Shown here one piece after another: positions 58,334 through 64,000 of a stretch of DNA of 64,000 bases; within the stretch, counting starts at the first letter, position 1, and each line of letters starts with the position of its first letter. The DNA is from a virus: the UHGV virus genome UHGV-1362809, one strand, 5' to 3'. The notes under the pieces were generated by a model that searched no databases, was not told the DNA's origin, and saw nothing but the letters and a program-made list of their open reading frames with translations. Position numbers and translations under genes: made by a program.

Positions 58334-59347
58334 CTATCTTTTAATAACTGAGGATATAGCCGTCTGGGCAGCTGTTGACCTATGAGGACGATTAGAATCC
58401 GCACCAGTAAACCACTGATACAGTTCTTCCCTTGTTGGTGGGTATAACAATTCAAATGTTGCTGAAGCCTCTGCGGAAACAGGTAAACCACTCGGACCAT
58501 AAAACATACTATCTATCTTGGGGTGTATAGATGTAAGAACAACATTTTGCACGGTCATATATTTACCAATTTGCAAGGTAATAGCTTCATTAGTGTCTTT
58601 GTTAATAAGTTTATTGTTACCCTCAGCAATACTTTTAAGAACAGCTCTGTTTTTCTCCGAATTAAGGTTTCTCAGCGCACCAGTTATATCTACTGTTTTT
58701 GACGTTAGGTTTTTACTAAATCCTAAAGCAGAAGACCCATAGTTAATTGCTCCTGTAACTGCACTTATTCCTTTATTCGCCAAACCAGTAGCCTTATCCG
58801 ATATTGATGTGTCAGCAGCTAATGAATCTAACGCATTTAAGGTAGTACGGGCTATAATACGCATCAAATCTGGTCCAGGAGCTTCCAACATTAACCCTCT
58901 ATTACGAGGCATGGTCAATGATAGTAAGCGAAGTAGAGGCATTACTACTTCATTTAACGGACTTTCATAGGCATTAAACTGAAAATCAAATGAAAAGGTA
59001 GGGGCTTCGTTACCTTTCCAAGATTTGATTTTCGTAATACGGGAGTTTACTTGATAGCCAAAACCAGAGGCAAAATTATCTACTGTTTCTACTGCGCCTT
59101 TTAACATGTTACCGAACAAAGGAGTTTGTCCAAGTAAATCAGGTATAAAAGGAGACCACTTAGAAATGCTACTAAATGTAACTTGTTCTGGTAAGTACAC
59201 AGTAATAGGATCAGTACATTTATCTCCGATATAAATTTTTAGGTTGTAATTCGGGTTATTGTAAGGGCGCGAAATGTCGGATTCAAGTTTATCAGTGAGT
59301 CCCCACTTATCCTTAGCAAAACCTTTAACACTATCCCATATACCCAT
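58334..59347 (-). CDS. tail structural protein (hypothetical; gpD-position)
   Basis: 337-aa ORF in the gpD position of the P2-like order. Confidence 0.4.
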   Translation of the reverse strand: MGIWDSVKGFAKDKWGLTDKLESDISRPYNNPNYNLKIYIGDKCTDPITVYLPEQVTFSSISKWSPFIPDLLGQTPLFGNMLKGAVETVDNFASGFGYQVNSRITKIKSWKGNEAPTFSFDFQFNAYESPLNEVVMPLLRLLSLTMPRNRGLMLEAPGPDLMRIIARTTLNALDSLAADTSISDKATGLANKGISAVTGAINYGSSALGFSKNLTSKTVDITGALRNLNSEKNRAVLKSIAEGNNKLINKDTNEAITLQIGKYMTVQNVVLTSIHPKIDSMFYGPSGLPVSAEASATFELLYPPTREELYQWFTGADSNRPHRSTAAQTAISSVIKR

Positions 59348-59359
59348 ATTATTCTCCTA

Positions 59360-61525
59360 TTACATTGTTTGTAGTTCAGCCTGTCCAGTACCATTTGCTC
59401 TTATAGGTAATTCAATTTTCGTATCAGGGTTTCCACGTCTAAACTTAGTGTCCCTAATGGTCTTGGACGCTTGATTAAGTTGTTTAGATACGTCTACCTT
59501 ATTTTCTTTGTTAAAAACATAAGAACTAGCAGTAGTTGAAACATTATCAATTTGTGAAGACATAGCTGTAGGTAAAATATTTCTCGGTGCATTTATAGTT
59601 TTAATTTTAGTAATATCCTCAACATTAGTACTTCCTAATTCATTCCTAACTTGCGGGTATTCCTTAATCAAACCGTCGTCGCTAATACTTCCCGTAATTG
59701 TACTAAGTACTCTTTGTCCACTATCTTCACTATCTAGTAATCCATACTTAACTGGATTTAGATACCCACCCCAAGCTAACTGTAGATCATTATCATTTGT
59801 ATAAATATCATCCCCAACCTTTGTAACTCTAGCAAAGCTATTTCCACTTTGATAGAGTAATACGTCTCCATTTTTAAGACTTTTTAGTTTTTGATAAAAA
59901 TCAGGATTATGTTTTTCATCCTTACTAACTAATGCCTGCATGGTCATTAGGTCATTAGAGTCTCCCATATTATAAATATCTGTCAACAGAGACTCAGGAT
60001 TATACCATGCAAATTTTTCTTTATTACCTTGTTTCTTTTTATTGGATATCTGTTTTTTATGGGAAGAAACTTTTTTAGAGGTATTTTTACTTTTGGGGGC
60101 AGTAGATTTTGGTGTCTCGCTACCTGACGTGGGATTAACCCCAGCATAGGTATTTAGATATATAAGTTGTGCATCAGAAATTGGTTGAGCTAACTTATCT
60201 ATACCTTCTATTCCTGTTTTCGGTAAAACATTTTGATAAATAGTTTTAGATGGGTCCCCGAACACTGCCTCTTTTGCTAAGTCCTCAACTGTAGCAGGTT
60301 TTTGATTGGCAATAACTGGATCGTACACAGATTTAGGACGTTCAATTTCAGGAACCTTTGGTTGTTCTTTAGGAGTATCTGTTTTATTTTCAGTATCCAC
60401 GGTTGGGTCATCGCTAGACAACCACTTCCATAGGGCTAAACCTGAAAAAATTGTTACCAACTTTAGTATTTCATTAGCAACCTGTCCTACCTTAGCCCAA
60501 AAACTCGTATGTTTTTCCTTTTTATCATCCTTAGCACCAAGCAACTTGAATAAACGGTCGTCAGCTTTACGCAACATATCCTCTGTAGCTTTTATGTCAC
60601 GCTTATCTTCTTTACGTTTATCCTTTTCCCTGTTTATTCTATCGGACGCCTTTGCTGTAGGAAGTTCCATAGGTTCTGGCAGTACTTGTTCGGTCAAACC
60701 TCCAAGTTCAGTTTGTTTTATCGACGCTTGTTTATTTACTCCAGCGTCTAAAAACTTTTCAAACCCTACTTTTGTACGTTCTTCTTTTAACTTTTTGAAA
60801 CTAAGTCCTTCAAAACGTTCTTCTTTAGGACGCATACGGACTTCTTCTTTAAGGTCTTCATCATCTCTCCAACCAATTTCATCTCTGGCTTCAGCGATTT
60901 TGAAGTTTAACTCGTCCTGTTTCTGTTGTTTTTGCTGTTCTTCCTGTTTAGCCTTGACAAACTGTTTTATAGCATTGTCAACACCACGGGTACTCCAATT
61001 TTTGAAGAATGTAGTTTTTCTATCAGTAGCTCCAGATAAGGACTTAGGTAACTCTTTTTTACCCCTGTTCTTTTTTAATTCTCTGAGCTGCTGTATATAG
61101 TGCTGATACTCATCTTTAATGTAATCAGGTAGGTCTTCGTCCTTTATACGTTGTTCAGCTAACTTTGTACGTTCAACAATAACGTTTTTGTCTAAATGAG
61201 CCAAACGGTCTTTTATTATGTCAATATTGACGGAAGCCGCTTCTTTTTTAGCCTCTAAAGTATCTTTACTTATACCCTTTGGCAATTTACTGGCTACAGA
61301 GTTGTAATCACTTATTTTTGACTGTTCTACCTTAAGAATTTTTTGTAAAGCAGATGGATTCGTTACCTTGTACAAATCCTGCACTTGTTGGTTGGTAAGA
61401 GGCTCAGGCGTCTGTAGAGCAGCTAATGAATCCTTAATCCAACCCTCTGTTTCAGGGGTGGACAATTCGTCATTAGTATCTTCAGGTTTGGGAGCCTGAA
61501 CTCCAATAAATTCCTCGTCACTCAT
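59360..61525 (-). CDS. large tail-associated protein with charged coiled-coil region and one TM-like segment
   Basis: 721 aa. Central KQEEQQKQQKQDE... region and a hydrophobic VTIFSGLALWKWL segment. Confidence 0.45.
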   Translation of the reverse strand: MSDEEFIGVQAPKPEDTNDELSTPETEGWIKDSLAALQTPEPLTNQQVQDLYKVTNPSALQKILKVEQSKISDYNSVASKLPKGISKDTLEAKKEAASVNIDIIKDRLAHLDKNVIVERTKLAEQRIKDEDLPDYIKDEYQHYIQQLRELKKNRGKKELPKSLSGATDRKTTFFKNWSTRGVDNAIKQFVKAKQEEQQKQQKQDELNFKIAEARDEIGWRDDEDLKEEVRMRPKEERFEGLSFKKLKEERTKVGFEKFLDAGVNKQASIKQTELGGLTEQVLPEPMELPTAKASDRINREKDKRKEDKRDIKATEDMLRKADDRLFKLLGAKDDKKEKHTSFWAKVGQVANEILKLVTIFSGLALWKWLSSDDPTVDTENKTDTPKEQPKVPEIERPKSVYDPVIANQKPATVEDLAKEAVFGDPSKTIYQNVLPKTGIEGIDKLAQPISDAQLIYLNTYAGVNPTSGSETPKSTAPKSKNTSKKVSSHKKQISNKKKQGNKEKFAWYNPESLLTDIYNMGDSNDLMTMQALVSKDEKHNPDFYQKLKSLKNGDVLLYQSGNSFARVTKVGDDIYTNDNDLQLAWGGYLNPVKYGLLDSEDSGQRVLSTITGSISDDGLIKEYPQVRNELGSTNVEDITKIKTINAPRNILPTAMSSQIDNVSTTASSYVFNKENKVDVSKQLNQASKTIRDTKFRRGNPDTKIELPIRANGTGQAELQTM

Positions 61526-61533
61526 TTTGACCT

Positions 61534-63444
61534 CTAAATAGCGAATCCACCATTCATTCCAATTACTGCATCTACCTTAGGATTATAACCTATTCTAACC
61601 TTTTGGTCTACACTTGATCTGGCAGGTATAGTCAACTGCTGAACTTCTATTGCCTCTTTCATACCTTGGTTTTTAAGCTGTTGTTCACGAACATCGGCAA
61701 GAACTGAAGTGACAAAAGTTTTCATTTTGTCTATACAACTATTCATCAATTCTTCATTAGCCTGTTGTGGCTCTTTAACTTGATAACCCTCGTCGAGTAG
61801 AGTTTCACCTTTGTCGAGAGCATCCTGCAGGGCATTTATTTCTTCAGCAGTACCAAGGAGTTTTTTGGTAGCATAACGTGCAGTTTCGTTAGCAAGTACA
61901 CCAGCAACACCTGAAGCTACCGCACCAACACCAGTCATAGCAGTTACAGCATTTGCAGATATTTCGGCAGCTACTGCTGCACCAGAGGACATATACAACA
62001 TCTCAACGTATTTTTTAAACTCTGGCTGACCGATTTGATTATTTTCCTTAGCAGCTTGTAGCTGATTAAGCCAATTATCTAAGTCCTGTTTTTCAAAGTA
62101 TGCAGTAAGCATTACCCCTGCGCCTGGAAGTAATTTTACACCTTTACGCAATAGGCGCATTGAACCTCTACCTAACTTTACCATACCTTTACCAAACTTT
62201 ACTCCACCTTTTACCATTCCTTTAGCTAAATTATACCCCTTTGTACCCCATTTCTTGCCAAAGGCATAAGTTTTGGCAATAGGAGTACCGATGTATTTAC
62301 TGGCAACTGATTTAGCAGTACTATAACCGCTTTTTACTTTACCCCAACCCTTTTTAAGAGTATTAAATGCTGAGGAACCAGTATCTTTTACGTCTTTACC
62401 AAATGAAAAAAGTGAGTCTTTCCATTGTCCAACTTTGGCACCAACACTTTTGGCAATACCTTTTGCTGTAGATTTTATACCCAACGCAAAATCTTTTACC
62501 CTGTCAACACCTTTACCGATTACATCAGTAATCGGTTTTAACACCGTTTTTACAGAAGTAACCTTAGCTGAAGCCCAGTCTTTTAACTTTGTATACTTAC
62601 CTTTAAGATAGTTAGCCGCTTTAAGAGCCTTCGTTTTTACCCAATTTTTAGCAGTACTAAAAGACTTTTTAACAAAATCCCAACCTTTTTTGGCAACACC
62701 AAACACAAAGTCCTTAATTTTTTTGTAGCCTGCTCTAATAAGAGCAACTCCCTTTTTAAAGGGGGTCATAAAAAACTTTTCAAACTTACCCTTTAAAAAA
62801 GTTGACACCTTGCCAAAGGCACTATGTATGTTTTTTCCAACATTAAAGATTTTATTTATTCGACCAAAACATTTCTTAACAAAGGAATACGTTTTGGAGA
62901 AGAAAGCCTTAATACCTTTGAATGTGATCTTGCCAAGCCACTTAAACAGTTGCCATACTTTACGACCAATCCATCCTATAGCCCTTTTAACAAAACCCCA
63001 TATTCCTTTTAGTACCCCCTTTACAAACTTAGCCAAAAACGATAAAGCTCGTTTAGTCAAACCCATAAAAGGAGATAGAGCAAACTTAACTAAAGACCCT
63101 TTTCTTCTGTAATTGTGGACCAACCAAGTATAGACAAACAAACGTCTGTAGTATAACACCTGTACAGGGAGCTTACCAATTAAACGTAGGTTATCTGGTA
63201 TAACTGCATTTTTCTTTATGTACCGAGAGCGTTCTTTATACACGTCTTTGATTATACGATGATAATCCTTAGACATACGTTCCCGTTTATCCGGTACAGG
63301 TGTTTTAGGAAACATTTTACCAAGAGATACTAATATACCTGCAGCTAGCTTTTTGATATGGCGACCATAAATTTGCCTAAATCCACCATCATCGTTGCCA
63401 TGTTGTTTTGCTGGCTGACTATCTGGTTCCTTATGTGTATCCAT
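61534..63444 (-). CDS. tape measure protein
   Basis: 636 aa, Lys/Gly-rich with regularly spaced aromatics (WGFVKRAIGWIGRKVWQLFKWLGKITFKG...). Lies upstream of the baseplate genes. Confidence 0.55.
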   Translation of the reverse strand: MDTHKEPDSQPAKQHGNDDGGFRQIYGRHIKKLAAGILVSLGKMFPKTPVPDKRERMSKDYHRIIKDVYKERSRYIKKNAVIPDNLRLIGKLPVQVLYYRRLFVYTWLVHNYRRKGSLVKFALSPFMGLTKRALSFLAKFVKGVLKGIWGFVKRAIGWIGRKVWQLFKWLGKITFKGIKAFFSKTYSFVKKCFGRINKIFNVGKNIHSAFGKVSTFLKGKFEKFFMTPFKKGVALIRAGYKKIKDFVFGVAKKGWDFVKKSFSTAKNWVKTKALKAANYLKGKYTKLKDWASAKVTSVKTVLKPITDVIGKGVDRVKDFALGIKSTAKGIAKSVGAKVGQWKDSLFSFGKDVKDTGSSAFNTLKKGWGKVKSGYSTAKSVASKYIGTPIAKTYAFGKKWGTKGYNLAKGMVKGGVKFGKGMVKLGRGSMRLLRKGVKLLPGAGVMLTAYFEKQDLDNWLNQLQAAKENNQIGQPEFKKYVEMLYMSSGAAVAAEISANAVTAMTGVGAVASGVAGVLANETARYATKKLLGTAEEINALQDALDKGETLLDEGYQVKEPQQANEELMNSCIDKMKTFVTSVLADVREQQLKNQGMKEAIEVQQLTIPARSSVDQKVRIGYNPKVDAVIGMNGGFAI

Positions 63445-63561
63445 GGTATATCACCCTCTTTGAGTTTATCTGAAATACGTTGTGATAAGTCTAAAAAGTG
63501 CAAACTATCACAGTCTAAATCAGTATAAGCCCCGTTAGCATGTAATGCTAAAAGTTCAAGT

Positions 63562-64000
63562 CTATTCTGAATCTGCTGTAAGCTGCACGTCGGGAAGAAG
63601 GTTGACCATACGAAAGGGTATTTCGATTTTTTCTTCCTCCGCCTGTTGTAGCAGTTGAGCTTCCATTAATTGATTTTCGAGAGTGCCAATAGCCTCGTAG
63701 GTAGCTTCAATTTCGATTTGATATTTTTCACCAATTTTATCAGCATATTTAATTTCCAAATCAGCAACTCTATCTCTTAGGTAATTGATACGCTGATTTA
63801 ACAGCTCAATATATTTGGCTTTATCAAAATGAATGTCACGGGCATAAACTACTTCATCTATGCCATGTTCAAATACTTTGGTAAATTCAGTAATATCGGA
63901 CTTAAAGTTGGAAGAATTATTATCTAATCTTTCTACTTTTTCGTCAACACTATTTCCTATATAATACTGGGCGTAGTTAAATAACCATGCATCTTCAGTA
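63562..64000 (-). CDS. partial gene (continues beyond the window); possible tail assembly chaperone
   Basis: Frame is open from the window edge to the stop at 63562. Acidic, and immediately upstream of the tape-measure gene. Confidence 0.35.
   Translation of the reverse strand, partial: TEDAWLFNYAQYYIGNSVDEKVERLDNNSSNFKSDITEFTKVFEHGIDEVVYARDIHFDKAKYIELLNQRINYLRDRVADLEIKYADKIGEKYQIEIEATYEAIGTLENQLMEAQLLQQAEEEKIEIPFRMVNLLPDVQLTADSE

Noticed and set aside
60306-61100. 264-aa ORF on the + strand inside the 59360-61525 gene
   Set aside because: It is the Ser/Leu-rich antisense of a Lys/Glu-rich coding region, with no RBS. Treated as spurious.

Overview
The window reads as a contiguous stretch of a large tailed-phage (myovirus-like) genome. 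It is AT-rich and densely packed with genes, and strong AGGAGG-type ribosome-binding sites suggest a low-GC Gram-positive-type host. No rRNA, tRNA or CRISPR array is evident. From 1 to about 34,000 nearly everything is on the + strand. This stretch holds a ThyX thymidylate synthase, a DnaG-type primase, a head module with two hyper-acidic ESC-repeat proteins and GC-enriched capsid-like genes, a putative tail sheath and tube, fibrous proteins, a family of four proteins sharing an N-terminal 'KQHPNS' domain (two of them carrying HExxH zincin motifs), and an HNH endonuclease. Several rho-independent terminators are each followed by the same AATAATTTTTATATATA promoter-like motif. From about 34,000 to the end everything is on the - strand. 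This part holds a tape-measure protein with periodic aromatic residues, a P2-like baseplate set (gpV-like spike, gp25-like wedge, LysM gpX-like protein, J-like protein) and several fibre genes. The most unusual element is a tightly coupled, very AT-rich accessory operon on the - strand at about 36,983-45,794. It encodes four tandem paralogous radical-SAM (CxxxCxxC) enzymes, two PLP-fold enzymes (a Cys/Met gamma-family enzyme and a NifS-like protein), a Lar-like zinc ribbon, and two paralogous ~200-aa proteins, one ending in a poly-Ser/Cys tail encoded by a trinucleotide repeat. A terminator/promoter cassette separates it from a downstream trio of paralogous genes. This is the candidate for an undescribed phage-encoded modification or anti-defence system. 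Every function here is inferred from motifs read by eye; no database searches were run.
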